DNA of 64,000 bases from Candidatus Marinacidobacterales bacterium (GTDB lineage Bacteria > Acidobacteriota > Vicinamibacteria > Marinacidobacterales > DATDRI01), in contig CBDCNP010000002.1 in assembly GCA_965219415.1 (NCBI GenBank), positions 864,001 to 928,000 of the forward strand, written 5' to 3'. Within the stretch, counting starts at the first letter, position 1. Each line of letters starts with the position of its first letter. The translations under genes were made by a program, and so were the position numbers. A model generated the notes under the pieces. The model did not search any database, was not told the DNA's origin, and saw only the letters and a list, made by a program, of their open reading frames with translations. Positions 1 to 11,072 of this stretch are shown here, piece by piece.

Positions 1-1
1 A

Positions 2-1609
2 CGGTGCGCAAACGAGGTGTCCTACGTTCAGCCCGGAGGAAGCTCCGGCGAGTTTGCCGCCATCGAATACATCGTCGAGACGCTCGAAGCCGATGGAATC
101 CCGGTCGAGGTCATGGAATTCTCCGCCTATGTCAGCGACCCGATGCGCTGTGAGGCCAGATTGAAAACTCAAGGCGCGGAGCCCATCACGTGTCTCACTC
201 AAGCCCTGGCCGAGCCAACAGACGAAGGTGATTTGAGCGGCCGGCTCGTCGATTGCGGAACAGGCACGGTTACCGATTACCAGCGCGTCGACGTTAAGGG
301 GAAGATCGCCTTGGTGGAAGCACTAGCCTACCCCCCCCGCGTCGACGCCGCGGTTGTATTCTCTTCGCCCACCGATAAGCTTCATGAGCTCACGGTGAGC
401 ACGATCTGGGGTACGCCCACACACAAGAACTACCAACGCCTTCCCGACATACCGAGCATCGCGATTAGTAAAAAGGACGGCAACGCTCTTAGATCTATGC
501 TCACCTCGGAATCGGTGGAGCTCTGGCTCGAGACCGAGGTCGATGCAGGCTTCAGACCGCTACGGCTACCGATCGCCTCGATCACGAGCGAGAAGGATCC
601 CGAAGTCTTTGTTCTCTTGGGGGGCCATATCGACGCCTGGCATCACGGCGCGAACGACGAAGGCGCGTCCAACGCCGCCATGTTGGAGCTTGCACGGATC
701 TTCTATCGGCATCGCGGCGAGCTCGAGCGCAGTCTCAAAGTCGCCTGGTGGCCCGCCCACTCGAACGGACGCTACGCCGGCTCCACGTGGTATGCCGATT
801 CGGCATGGCTCGACCTCCGGCAAAACGCTCTCGCCTACATGAACGTCGACGGACTAGGTCAAATGGGGACCGCTCGCTACGAGGTCTGGAGCACCGCCGA
901 GATGGACCGACTAGCGCGAGCCGTCCTCGAAGATGTGGCCAACGTTGAGCTCGAACCGGATCGGCCGGCTCGAAACTCGGATCAGAGTTTCTACGCGGTG
1001 GGCCTCCCGCTCCTTCAATTCCATCAACGGCGTAGCGAGGGAGGGGCGGGTTATTGGTGGTGGCACACACCGGAGGATACGATCGACAAGGTCGACTTCG
1101 AGGTCTTGACCGAAGCGACCGGTGTCTACGCATCGGCGCTTTGGCGCCTATTGAGCTCGCCGACTCCCCCCATCGACCTACCCGCCGTCACGCAAGAACT
1201 GCGAGAGCTCCTCGAGGAAAGACAACGGATCGCCGGCGAACACTTAGACTTGAGCCGCGCCTTGGAGCGCACCGACGAGCTACACGAGCTCATGCTGGGA
1301 CTGCGGCGGGACCTTCGCTCGAAGACACCGAGCAATCCTCAGCCCGAGGTTGCGCGGTCCCTGGTTCGCATCGTGCGCCCCCTGATCCGGGTGCGGTATC
1401 AGGAACGAGGCCCCTATCACCAGGATCTCGCCGTCTCTATTCCGATTCTCCCCGGACTTGCCACACTCGAGTCCATCGGGGAGCTCGATCCCACGAGCGA
1501 TCTTTACGGGTTTACCAGAACCTATTTGAATCGCGAGCTCAACCGGCTACTGGATCACATCGATCAATCCATTACAGAGGCGACGGCGCTAAGGCGACGA
1601 CTTCGGTAA
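2..1609 (+). CDS. M28 family metallopeptidase with PA domain (5' partial)
   Basis: PA-domain GRLVDCGTG..VKGKIALV; Zn-binding GGHIDAW..GANDEG, NVDGLG, HTPEDT; frame is open to the window edge. Confidence 0.85.
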   Translation, partial: RCANEVSYVQPGGSSGEFAAIEYIVETLEADGIPVEVMEFSAYVSDPMRCEARLKTQGAEPITCLTQALAEPTDEGDLSGRLVDCGTGTVTDYQRVDVKGKIALVEALAYPPRVDAAVVFSSPTDKLHELTVSTIWGTPTHKNYQRLPDIPSIAISKKDGNALRSMLTSESVELWLETEVDAGFRPLRLPIASITSEKDPEVFVLLGGHIDAWHHGANDEGASNAAMLELARIFYRHRGELERSLKVAWWPAHSNGRYAGSTWYADSAWLDLRQNALAYMNVDGLGQMGTARYEVWSTAEMDRLARAVLEDVANVELEPDRPARNSDQSFYAVGLPLLQFHQRRSEGGAGYWWWHTPEDTIDKVDFEVLTEATGVYASALWRLLSSPTPPIDLPAVTQELRELLEERQRIAGEHLDLSRALERTDELHELMLGLRRDLRSKTPSNPQPEVARSLVRIVRPLIRVRYQERGPYHQDLAVSIPILPGLATLESIGELDPTSDLYGFTRTYLNRELNRLLDHIDQSITEATALRRRLR

Positions 1610-1616
1610 GCGAGCC

Positions 1617-2180
1617 TCAGTTTTTCTTGCGCAAGAGGCCGCGGAGAGCCTCTCCGGCCGCTTCGGTGGCTTCGCGTTTCAACCCCGAACCCGCCTGTGC
1701 CAATAAGGCCTTGGAATCGGGACGCACCTTGGGGTCTTCGAGCGTGCCGGTCACGCTAATAGGGATGGGAACCCACCCTTCGTCATCGGAGAGAACGTCC
1801 AAAACGTTCGACCCGACTCCCTCGATGGTAATCCCCTCTCGCGGTGTGGCGACCGCGAAACCGAGCTCGATCGGACCTGCGAGATTTACCCAACCGTCGA
1901 GATCCAACCGGGCAACCTCGCTAGTGAACTGAAAGGGCGAAAGGACCACGACGTTGTTCTCGAGTCGAAACTGCGCTTCGGTCGCTTGATATTGCGTCCC
2001 GACCAAAACCGTCTTCCCCAAGGCCTTGTCCACTCCTGAGAACATTTCTGCGGCGGGAAACTCGCCTGCCGCTAGAAGCACGTTACCCGATGCCTTCACA
2101 TCCTTGGTGTCCGAACCGACGCCTTCCGCTTCGAGTTTGGCGGTGCCCGGACCGAACCCGTCGCTCGCGCCGACCATACT
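1617..2180 (-). pseudogene. AsmA-like protein, C-terminal fragment
   Basis: Beta-rich segment ending IPISVTGTLEDPKVRPD plus helical tail, typical of AsmA C-termini; the N-terminus is replaced by a BMP fragment. Confidence 0.65.
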
Positions 2181-2650
2181 GTTGAGAGCCAACCCCATCT
2201 CTGCCCTTTGTCGGGATCGACGAACGTACCGGTGAAGGCGACGTCGAGCTCCAAATCCGGCTTCACGGATTTCAATCCTGCCTCATAGCCGGCCAGAAAC
2301 TTCTCCACACCCGGCGTGTCGGCGCCTCCCATGAAGCCAACGCGTCCGGCGTCGCTCTTCGTGGCCGCCACGACTCCGCATAGGTACGAGCCTTCCTGTA
2401 CGTCGTACGCGATGGCACGCAGGTTCGGATGCCTCTCGGGCTCGGGAACACTTTCGTAGACCAGCACGAAGCGCGTCTCAGGGAATTGCGGCGCAACCCT
2501 GAGGAATGGTTCCTTGATGAGAAAAAATGTACTGACCACAACGTCGTAGCCGGCGTCACTTACTTGACGAACGGTCGTCTCGAACTCGGTCGGGTCTTTC
2601 ATCTCTACCATCTTGACCCGCGACGCATAGCCATCATCCTTAGCTGCTAT
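2175..2650 (-). pseudogene. BMP family ABC substrate-binding lipoprotein, internal fragment
   Basis: QEGSYLCGVVAATKS..RVGFMGGAD..FLAGYEAGLK..FTGTFVDPDKG(+EMGLAL in another frame); both termini are missing. Confidence 0.8.
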
Positions 2651-2666
2651 CGGAGGCGGCGTATAC

Positions 2667-3873
2667 ATGACAGGGAGCCTGGGCGGCACGGCTCCGCTGC
2701 CTGTTTCTGGCGAGGTTTTCGCCCAGGAGCCGCCGACCTTCTCGCCCGTCAAAGCCATTGCGGACCGCGACGTCTACTACCCTGGAACCGAGGACCTGGC
2801 GCCCGACGAAATGCGTGTCACCGCCTGCGGTACGGGAATGCCCAACGCGCGACCGAAGCAGGCGGCCGCTTGTTGGCTCGTGGAGCTCGGAAACGGCGAT
2901 AAATTCCTCTTCGACATCGGGACGGGCTCTGCCGAGAGAATCTCGGCGATGAAGATTCCGTACAACTATCTCAACAAGGTTTTCATCGGCCATCTCCACT
3001 CCGATCACTTCGGCGATCTGGATGCGCTCTGGGTCGGCGGGGTCGTGGGCAACCGCGTGGTTCCATTGCGTGTTTGGGGACCAAGCAGCGCCCAGGAGAA
3101 ATACGGAACGAAGGTCGCCCTCGAGCACATGGAGGCAATGCTGGCGTGGGATGTCGACACGCGTTTCGGCAACACCGATACCCGGGGGTTGTACCTGGAA
3201 ACCACCGAGTTCGACTACCGGGCCGTCAACCAGGTCATCTACGAAGAGAACGGAGTCACGATCCGGACGATCCCCGCGATCCATATATACGGCGGTCCGG
3301 TCAGCTTCATCCTCGAGTGGAACGGGCTCAAGTTTGCCTACAGCAGCGACACGTTTCCAAACAAGTGGTGGATGGAGTACACCACAGGAGTCGACCTATC
3401 CGTTCACGAGGCCTTCATCACGCCCGCAGTCGCTGGTCGAGAAGCAGAACTTCTCACCCGAAGCTGCTCTCAACGTAGGTACGCAGATTCACACATCGCC
3501 AGCACAGTTCGGCAAGGTGATGGCGACGACGAAACCACGTATGGCTGTCGCGTACCATTTCTTCAACGACTTCGACACCGCTCCCGACGTGCTGCGCGAC
3601 GTGCGCAGGACCTACGATGGAGCCCTGGCTCTGGCGACTGACTTCATGGTCTTCAACGTCACCAAGGACGACATCAAAGTGCGTATGGCGGTCGTGGATG
3701 AAGACATCTGGCCGATGCCCTCGACGATCCCTCTCGTACCACCGGATCCGAGCATCCAGCGGACTGAAATGACGGAGTTCACGAGAAACGGTCGTATCGT
3801 TCATCGCGACGTCCTCGAGGAGATTTATGCGGAGATCAATGAGCGCTTCGGCTCGAACGCGCGTGTACCCTAG
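2667..3873 (+). pseudogene. MBL-fold metallo-hydrolase (RNase Z/AtsA-like, GntH-like), frameshifted near 3423
   Basis: CGTGMP, FDIGTG, HLHSDH, YSSDT, VHEAF; continues in another frame as PQSLVEKQ..IHTSP..AYHFFND. Confidence 0.8.
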
Positions 3874-3896
3874 AAGGCGCGGGACTTGAGGGGGGT

Positions 3897-3918
3897 CAAC
3901 TCGGTCCGGACCGAGTTG
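3897..3918. repeat. Perfect 22-bp palindrome CAACTCGGTCCGGACCGAGTTG (REP-like)
   Basis: Read directly; lies between convergent genes; related copies at 24249 and 24343. Confidence 0.85.
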
Positions 3919-3978
3919 GCGGCGGATGCGACGTCGTCGTTCAAAGCCGTCTCCACTCGGCCTTAGCAGCACGCGGCC

Positions 3979-4938
3979 TCACTGTCGCCGCCAAACCTCC
4001 CCGTCCCACTCCCACGTGTCTCCAAAGATCTCCCCTCCCGGGGTCGGGATGTAGCCACCGAATAACACCACCTTGTTCCTAGATCTATTGAGCACCATGT
4101 CGTGGTCGACTCTTATCGTGGGGCTATCGACATCTAGCTCGTTCCACTTTCCTTCCCTAAAACTCCATGTCCCAGCTCGGGGCACCCGCTCTGGATCGCC
4201 GCCACCGAACCGGAGAAGACAGTCGCACGAAGGATCGGCGCTCATGGAATAGTGAGAGCGACCGTTCTCATCTCCCGCGTGGAGCTGCTTGCACTCGCCT
4301 TCCCAGGCCCAGGTGTCGGCGAGCACGACGGCTTTACCGTCGTCGAGGTACATCCCGCCGAAAAGAACGACTCGGGAGCCGGCGGAATCGTAGACGAGCT
4401 GATGGGCGTCCCGTTCCCCAGGGCCTTCGGAAGACCCACGGGACCACTCGCGGCCGTCCCATTCCCAGGTATCTTCAAACGACACCGTCCCGTTATAACC
4501 TCCTTGCAGCACCACGCGGTCTCGGGCTGGGTCGTAAACCATGCCGTGATGGTCACGGGGCTCTGGACCGAACTCGGTGGCCAACGTCCATTCCGTTCCC
4601 CGCCATTCCCAGGTGTCGGCGCGGGGCTTGCCGGAGGCATCGCGCCCCCCAAAGAGAACGAGTACCTCACGTAACTCGTCGTAGGCCAAGCCGAACCAGG
4701 CACGCGGCTCCGGCCCGACCGCGGCAACCTGTGTCCACGTTTCCCCGTCCCAACTCCAGGTATCTCCCAAATACTTCTTGCCGTGGGTCCGGCCGCCGAA
4801 CATCACGACCGCTTCTCGGGAAGCGTTGTACACCATGCGATGCCCGTGCCGAGGCAATGGTGCCTCGGCGGCCGCCGATGCCGCGAGAGCCATCGCTGGT
4901 ATAAGAACGAACGTCGCGAATCGCATTAATGTGAGCAT
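3979..4938 (-). CDS. Secreted kelch-repeat beta-propeller protein
   Basis: Signal peptide MRFATFVLIPAMALAASAAA; six repeats of PxPR..H.MVYD..VVLFGG..DTWEWDG. Confidence 0.85.
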   Translation of the reverse strand: MLTLMRFATFVLIPAMALAASAAAEAPLPRHGHRMVYNASREAVVMFGGRTHGKKYLGDTWSWDGETWTQVAAVGPEPRAWFGLAYDELREVLVLFGGRDASGKPRADTWEWRGTEWTLATEFGPEPRDHHGMVYDPARDRVVLQGGYNGTVSFEDTWEWDGREWSRGSSEGPGERDAHQLVYDSAGSRVVLFGGMYLDDGKAVVLADTWAWEGECKQLHAGDENGRSHYSMSADPSCDCLLRFGGGDPERVPRAGTWSFREGKWNELDVDSPTIRVDHDMVLNRSRNKVVLFGGYIPTPGGEIFGDTWEWDGEVWRRQ

Positions 4939-5018
4939 GGCGGGTGAAAATGTCACAGGGGTCGGATCCAATTCTGTGCATGCACAAAACTGGATCCGAC
5001 CCCAGCTTGTAGAGATCG

Positions 5019-6293
5019 CTAGAGCGTCGAAACCCAGTCGCAGATCCGGTCCACTGCCTGGGTGACCGGTCGGCAATGCTCCAGCACGAAACTCTCGCCG
5101 AGGTCTTCGTCCGGGGCCGTGCCGGTGGCAGAGATCAGAGCCGCGGTGCCATCGAAATCGACATACGCTAATCGCAACGTCAACTCCGCCGGGCGTCGAC
5201 CGAAGGCGGCGCCGGGAAGCGTGGCAACACCCGTAGTGCTTCCAGCAACTTCTCACACAACTCCGTACTCGTGTTGATACCGGCCTTCCGAAGCGCGGGC
5301 TCGAAGTCGGGGAAAAGGTAGAACGCCCCATGCGGAGCGGTCAGCTCGATCCCTGTTTTCTTTAGACGGTCGAAACACCATCCGCCCAGCGCTCGGAGCA
5401 CACGCCTACATTGGAAGAGATAGTTTTCGATCTCCTCCCCACCCTCAAAGGCGCGAACAGCGGCGTATTGGATGGGAGTGCTGGTCGAGGTGAAGCTTTC
5501 ACTCGCGACCACCGCCACCGATTGTTGCAGCCAAGATAAGCTATCCGGAAAAGTAGACGTGCCGAGCCTCCAACCTCCAGCGCCACACCATTTGCTCAAA
5601 CCGGAGCTGATGATCGTACCCTCGGGGTAGAACTCGGCCATCGAATTGTGACGGCCCTGGTGATGAATCTCCCCGTAGATTTCGTCGGACAGCATGACCA
5701 CGCGGTAGCGTCGTGCCACGTCGGCCAAAGCCCTCAGCGTGTTGACCGAATAGGCGTAGCCTGTCGGATTGTTCGGATAATTAAGAATGACCAGTCGCGG
5801 TCGGTCGGGATCGTCGCGGCAGAGCTGCTCGAGCTCCTCGGGCTGGAGCTCCCAGTTCTTGTCCCGTTGCGTGTTGAGCCAGCGCACATGTCTGCCGATG
5901 ATCTGGGCCTGCGGCGCGTAGGTCACCCATGACGGCGTGGGAATCACCAGATCGCCGTAGTAGACGAGCTGAATCAAAAACATCAGCTCCTTCGAGCCCG
6001 GGCCGACCAGCACGTTGTCCCCGGTTCGCTCGATTCCATGTTTGCGGGAGTGATACGCCGCGACCGCCTCACGCAGGGCGGCCAGCCCCCTCACCGGAAG
6101 ATAGTCTTTTTGATGGGCGTTCTCCCTAAGCTCCTCGACCACGACCCGTGGCACGGGAAAGGGAGATTGTCCCAGTCCCAGCCGGAAGACCTCCCGGCCC
6201 TCTTCACGGAGCGCTGCGCTGCGCTCGTTGATAGCCAGCGTCGCCGAGGGGCTTAGGCCGCGGACGTTCAGGTTGAGGTTGACGGTTGGGCAT
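5019..6293 (-). pseudogene. Class I/II PLP aminotransferase (AspAT-like), frameshifts near 6290 and 5235
   Basis: LGLGQSPFP, YPNNPTG, SDEIY, SSGLSKWCGAGGWRLG; C-terminus TGVATLPGAAFG..LRLAYVDF in a shifted frame ending at 5019. Confidence 0.85.
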
Positions 6294-6536
6294 TTGGTCG
6301 CTCCGCGCTGCTTGGTCCGGGTCCGGGTCGTACTCATGAGGTTTCACCTGCTCTGCTCTGAAAAGGGCTTCCGGTTGCTAGTGGCTGGGGGACGCAAGGG
6401 GATATATCCAATAGTCTCCACAATCTCTACCGGGGCGACCTGGATAGCTCGCTCATTGGTCGTTTCCTTGCTGGTGGCTTTCTTCTAGTGTAGCGAAGAG
6501 TTGGGTAATTGGCACCATGAGAGGCGGTCACCGGGG

Positions 6537-7547
6537 CTATGACAAGCGAGCGATGACCTTCTCCGAGAGGGTGCCGATGAGAGCTCGTGGGTCACTGCTC
6601 GTGATCGGTATGACGAAACCATCGATTCCGAATTTCAATATTTCCTGAAACCGCGAAACGGCCTCCTCTGGCGTACCGGCGATCGCGATCGAATCGAGTA
6701 TGCGATCCGTCACTAGCTCATTGTGCGGGGCAATTGAGCTGCCGTGCTGGTAGTAGTCGTATCGCTCCTTCATCTCTTTCAACTCCAGCCATAGGGACTC
6801 CGGAAAAATCTCTTTAGGGACGGAGTCAAACACTGTGCCTGCCGCCACGGCGCCATAACCTTTGAGTTCTTCTCTCACACGAGGGCGGTCTGCCCCAACG
6901 TTGCAAGCGAGCCTCATGAATAATTGGATTTCGTCGAAGTTCCGGCCGGCGGCATCGGCACCCTTCCGTACGTTCTCGAGAGCGTACTCGATCAAAGATG
7001 GTTCGGAGCCCACTTGGAAGAGCACTCCATCCGCGACCTTCCCCGCCGATTGAAGGGCCCTCGGACCCGAGGCTGCAAAGAAGATAGGAACAGGCGAGAC
7101 CGGCCAGGCCATCCGAATCTCCTGCCCCTGATGCGTGGTGGTATCTCCTCGAAGGAGCGCTCGAATCGTCAGGGCGCGTTCTTCCCACTCTCGGATGGTC
7201 GCCGGCTTCAACCCCAAGTTGTAAACGGCGCTTTCACCGCGCCCCATTCCGAGTATCGCTCTCCCGCCGGAAACCTCGTTCAAGGTCGCGATGTTCCCCG
7301 CGAGCACCGCGGGGTGACGGGTGACCGGATTGGTGACGCCAGGTGCCAACTGGATCCTTCGTGTCCGATCTGCACAGAGAGCGAGAGCCGTCCAGGCATC
7401 TCGAAAGACGGATTGTGAATCGGCGATCCAAGCGCCGCCAAAACCGGCCTCCTCGGCGACAACGGCAAGCTCCACCACTTCAGCTACCGGTCGAGTGGGC
7501 AGCAGACCCACGTCGAAGCGCACTTTGTTTTCGAACTCTCTCGGCAT
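6537..7547 (-). CDS. LLM-class flavin/F420-dependent oxidoreductase (Mer-like)
   Basis: AEEAGFGGAWIADSQ, LAPGVTNPVTRHP, SGGRAILGMGRG, AASGPRAL, IAGTPEE. Confidence 0.9.
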   Translation of the reverse strand: MPREFENKVRFDVGLLPTRPVAEVVELAVVAEEAGFGGAWIADSQSVFRDAWTALALCADRTRRIQLAPGVTNPVTRHPAVLAGNIATLNEVSGGRAILGMGRGESAVYNLGLKPATIREWEERALTIRALLRGDTTTHQGQEIRMAWPVSPVPIFFAASGPRALQSAGKVADGVLFQVGSEPSLIEYALENVRKGADAAGRNFDEIQLFMRLACNVGADRPRVREELKGYGAVAAGTVFDSVPKEIFPESLWLELKEMKERYDYYQHGSSIAPHNELVTDRILDSIAIAGTPEEAVSRFQEILKFGIDGFVIPITSSDPRALIGTLSEKVIARLS

Positions 7548-7601
7548 CAACGTCGACCGATTTGGTGTGCCGGGTGAATCATGCTATGAACTATAACCCC
7601 G

Positions 7602-9026
7602 ATGGCCAAGCATCTGTACCTTCCGACGGGTGTGATCTTTGTCGCGGCAACTTGGGCCGGGGGCGCCCTTTCCGCGCTACAGGCGGCCCCGCAGCCCGAA
7701 CAAGTCCCTCCCAACATCCTCGTCATCTACGCGGACGATCTCGGGTATGGGGATCTAGGGAGCTATGGTCACCACACGCTCCGGACGCCGACCCTCGATC
7801 GGCTGGCCCGTGACGGCATGCGCCTAACCTCCTACTACGCTCCGTCCCCGCTCTGCTCACCCTCCCGGGCGTCGCTGCTCACCGGAAGAATCCACTACCG
7901 AACCGGCATAGAAAGTTGGATCCCGCCCGACACGGACGTACAGCTCGGCCCTCGCGAGATCACCATCGCCACGCTTTTGAAGCAAAAGGGCTATCAGACC
8001 TTCATGGCCGGGAAGTGGCACCTCAACGGCGGACTGGACCGTCAAGATCATGCCCAGCCCGACGATCATGGATTCGACAATTGGCTCGCGCTCCATGCAT
8101 GGCCGATCCCTCACAACCAGAATCCGGTGAACTTCTACCGAAACGGAGAGCCGCTCGGGCCGATGCAGGGTTTCACCGCGCAGATCGTGGTGGACCAAGC
8201 AATGGAGTGGCTTGGGCAACGGGACGCGGAAGCACCATTTTTCATGTACGTTCCGTTGATCGAGCCGCATTCCACTATCGCCAACCCCAGTTGGGTGAAT
8301 CAGATTTACTCCGAGCTCACCTCGGGAGAGCCTGATCCCATCGCCAACGCGCTCGATATACCCGGTAACCTAGCTGCCCGAGGCCCCGGCGAGTACTACG
8401 CCAACATTACTTATATGGACTACCAGCTCGGACGACTGTTGCGCCGTCTCGACCGGTTGGGTTTGCGAGACGATACGTTCTTGTTCTTTGCCAGCGACAA
8501 CGGACCGGTCACCACCGACTGGAGGCATTGGTGGGAGGTGAATCTCTACGGCAGCACCGGGGGATTCCGCGGCCGCAAGGCCGACCTCTACGAAGGCGGG
8601 ATCCGGGTGCCGGCGATCATTCGATGGCCTGGACGAGTCGAGCCGGGCTCCGAGTCTGACGCGCCGCTCATCGGTTACGACTTGCTGCCAACACTCGCTT
8701 CCGTCGCGCACTTCTCGGTTCCCGATGACCGGCCCATCGACGGCGAGGATTTTTCCTCCGTCCTCGATGGAAAGCCGTTCGTCCGCGAACGGCCTCTTTA
8801 CTGGGAGTTCGATGACGACAACGGCTTCCACTTCGCACTGCGCAACGGGAACTGGAAGTTGCTTGCCGATGAAAGTCTCGAAGAACTTCGACTCTACGAC
8901 TTCACTCACAACCCATTCGAAGTCGTGGATGTAGGCCCTGAGCGACCTGAGGTCGTGTCCGAGCTCTTGGGGAAGCTAAAACTGATGCGAGACAGCGTCG
9001 CCAGTGACCCGCTCAAGCCTCGCTAA
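7602..9026 (+). CDS. Cys-type (FGly) sulfatase, secreted
   Basis: PNILVIYADDLGYGD, CSPSRASLLTG (CxPxR), GKWHL, SDNG, YEGGIRVP; signal peptide. Confidence 0.93.
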   Translation: MAKHLYLPTGVIFVAATWAGGALSALQAAPQPEQVPPNILVIYADDLGYGDLGSYGHHTLRTPTLDRLARDGMRLTSYYAPSPLCSPSRASLLTGRIHYRTGIESWIPPDTDVQLGPREITIATLLKQKGYQTFMAGKWHLNGGLDRQDHAQPDDHGFDNWLALHAWPIPHNQNPVNFYRNGEPLGPMQGFTAQIVVDQAMEWLGQRDAEAPFFMYVPLIEPHSTIANPSWVNQIYSELTSGEPDPIANALDIPGNLAARGPGEYYANITYMDYQLGRLLRRLDRLGLRDDTFLFFASDNGPVTTDWRHWWEVNLYGSTGGFRGRKADLYEGGIRVPAIIRWPGRVEPGSESDAPLIGYDLLPTLASVAHFSVPDDRPIDGEDFSSVLDGKPFVRERPLYWEFDDDNGFHFALRNGNWKLLADESLEELRLYDFTHNPFEVVDVGPERPEVVSELLGKLKLMRDSVASDPLKPR

Positions 9027-9032
9027 CCGCCA

Positions 9033-9818
9033 ATGGATATACCCCACCCTCACAAGCTTCTGGATTTCTCCGGCAAGGCCGCGCTCGTCACCGGGGCGGG
9101 AAGTGGGTTGGGTCAGGGTATCGCAAGGCGTTTCGCCCAGGCCGGTGCAGCGGTTATCGTGGGTTATCACACCAGTGCGGACGGTGCCCGAAGTGTCGTT
9201 GCGCAAATCGAGTCGGAAGGCGGCCGAGCCAAGGCAATCGGGGCCGACGTCACTCAGAAAGACGATGTTGAGCGCCTGCTTCGTGAATCGATCGCGGCCT
9301 TCGGCAAGCTCGACGTTGTCATCAACAACGCCGGGATCTATCCCCATTCGTCGCTGGTCGACATGACGGAGAACGAATGGGACGCGGTCGTCAATGCGAA
9401 CTTACGCAGCGTGTTCCTCTGCACGCAAGCCGCGGCGAAACACATGATGGCGCAAGGCGAAGGTGGGGCCATCATTAACATCTCCTCGATCGAAGGCGAG
9501 AATCCGGCCCCCACGCACAGCCACTACAACGCTGCCAAAGGCGGTGTATTGATGCATACTCGCGCCGCCGCCCACGAGCTCGGGCCACACAGCATCCGTG
9601 TCAACGCCGTCTCTCCGGGTCTTATTTGGCGGGAAGGTATCGAAGTCGCCTGGGCCGACGGCGTCGAGCGTTGGAAGAAGAGAGCCCCCTTGACCCGCCT
9701 TGGAATGCCAGCCGACGTGGCCGATGCGTGTCTATTTCTAGCGTCGCCCGCCGCCCGTTGGATCACCGGCGCCAACCTCCGTGTGGACGGAGGCGTGATG
9801 ACCTGCCAGATCTTCTAG
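9033..9818 (+). CDS. Short-chain dehydrogenase/reductase (FabG-like)
   Basis: TGAGSGLG, NNAG, YNAAK, IRVNAVSPG. Confidence 0.92.
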   Translation: MDIPHPHKLLDFSGKAALVTGAGSGLGQGIARRFAQAGAAVIVGYHTSADGARSVVAQIESEGGRAKAIGADVTQKDDVERLLRESIAAFGKLDVVINNAGIYPHSSLVDMTENEWDAVVNANLRSVFLCTQAAAKHMMAQGEGGAIINISSIEGENPAPTHSHYNAAKGGVLMHTRAAAHELGPHSIRVNAVSPGLIWREGIEVAWADGVERWKKRAPLTRLGMPADVADACLFLASPAARWITGANLRVDGGVMTCQIF

Positions 9819-9822
9819 CCTA

Positions 9823-10494
9823 CTAGGACGCGCGGCGGCCGACCTTGCCAGCCGCCAGGGGGCCGTCCATTAAATCCACGATGGAAGCCACTTCGCCAAA
9901 ATGGTAGGCAAAGTTGCTCAGGAAAACGCGCTGAAGTGTCTCGAAGTCGACTTCGCCCCACCCCTGATCGGGTAGAGATGTAGCGGAGGTTCCGTCGCTG
10001 AGCATGATGGTATGGAAGTCGCGGGCCACCGCATCTCGGGCCGTACATTCCACGCACGCCCCCACCGAAACGCCGCTCACGATGACGTTGCGAACGCCGA
10101 GCTCACGCAGGGTTGCTTCGAGACCGGTGTAGACGAAACCCGATTGCCGGATCTTCTCAACGACGATGTCGCCCTCCTTGGGGGCGATCTTCTCCCACAT
10201 TTCGACGCCGCGAGTACCGGCCCGTACCGCCTTACCCTGACCGATGTTCGGGAAACGCTCTGCCAACGTACCCATGTTTCGGGCTTCGGGATGGAAGACG
10301 TGATTGACATAAATGATCGGCAACCCGACCTCACGACATCGATCAAGTAGCACCGCCAACTGGTCTGCCATTTCGCGGCCGGAAGGGGTCTCCATCGGAG
10401 CACCGGGCGCGATGAAGTCCCGACTCATGTCGATGACGAGAAGAGCGCTGTTTTCGGGTTTAACGTTTTCCAGGGAAGTTTGCTTGCGAGCCAT
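9823..10494 (-). CDS. Isochorismatase-family cysteine hydrolase
   Basis: ALLVIDM, VEKIRQSGF, GACVECTARDA (Asp-Lys-Cys triad); start set at MARKQ, which follows an RBS. Confidence 0.88.
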   Translation of the reverse strand: MARKQTSLENVKPENSALLVIDMSRDFIAPGAPMETPSGREMADQLAVLLDRCREVGLPIIYVNHVFHPEARNMGTLAERFPNIGQGKAVRAGTRGVEMWEKIAPKEGDIVVEKIRQSGFVYTGLEATLRELGVRNVIVSGVSVGACVECTARDAVARDFHTIMLSDGTSATSLPDQGWGEVDFETLQRVFLSNFAYHFGEVASIVDLMDGPLAAGKVGRRAS

Positions 10495-10520
10495 GTCTAA
10501 TCTCCTTATGACTTGGTGTA

Positions 10521-11057
10521 TTACGCGTCTTGGGGCTCCTCGAGCGGGACCTCGAGCATCACGTCTTCTGGTCCAAAATCGTGCCCCTCGGTGGCCTGGT
10601 GATACTGGTTGCCTTGCGTATTCTCGTACTCCTGACTCCCCTCGACCGGAAGCGGAGACGTATGCCAAACGTCGGGGAACATGCTCATCCCCAGCGAGCC
10701 GTCGGAGTAAAACCCGACGAAGTCCTCTGGGCGCGGGTTCTTGGTGGGTTTCGCCAGAAGGAACACGGTCGGTCTACGATCGGCACCAATGAACGCCTGG
10801 GTGGCGTCACCGTGACAGTTGACGTAGCTGACGTGGGCTGCGCCGCCCACCAGTTTGCCAACGACGCCTTCGTCAGCTACCGCGTGGTTTTTGAAATAAA
10901 GCTCGTCTCCTTGGTGGCGCACCTCCATCCGCTCCTTTACCATCTCACCCTCCCGGATTACAGGCTCTATCTCATCGAGGCTCCGGATGACCTTACCGAA
11001 GCCCTCGGCCGCCTCCGGCGTCAGTCGCTTTACCGGAACGCGAACTATTCGCGCCAT
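10521..11057 (-). CDS. Ureidoglycolate lyase (AllA)-like cupin
   Basis: LTPEAAEGFG N-terminus, NCHGDATQAF, PDVWHTSP motifs resemble the ureidoglycolate lyase family. Confidence 0.6.
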   Translation of the reverse strand: MARIVRVPVKRLTPEAAEGFGKVIRSLDEIEPVIREGEMVKERMEVRHQGDELYFKNHAVADEGVVGKLVGGAAHVSYVNCHGDATQAFIGADRRPTVFLLAKPTKNPRPEDFVGFYSDGSLGMSMFPDVWHTSPLPVEGSQEYENTQGNQYHQATEGHDFGPEDVMLEVPLEEPQDA

Positions 11058-11072
11058 TCGTTTCGTCCTCCC

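Noticed and set aside
3979-5331. 450-aa kelch ORF
   Set aside because: The upstream part is an off-frame reading of the aminotransferase tail; the signal peptide places the start at 4926-4938
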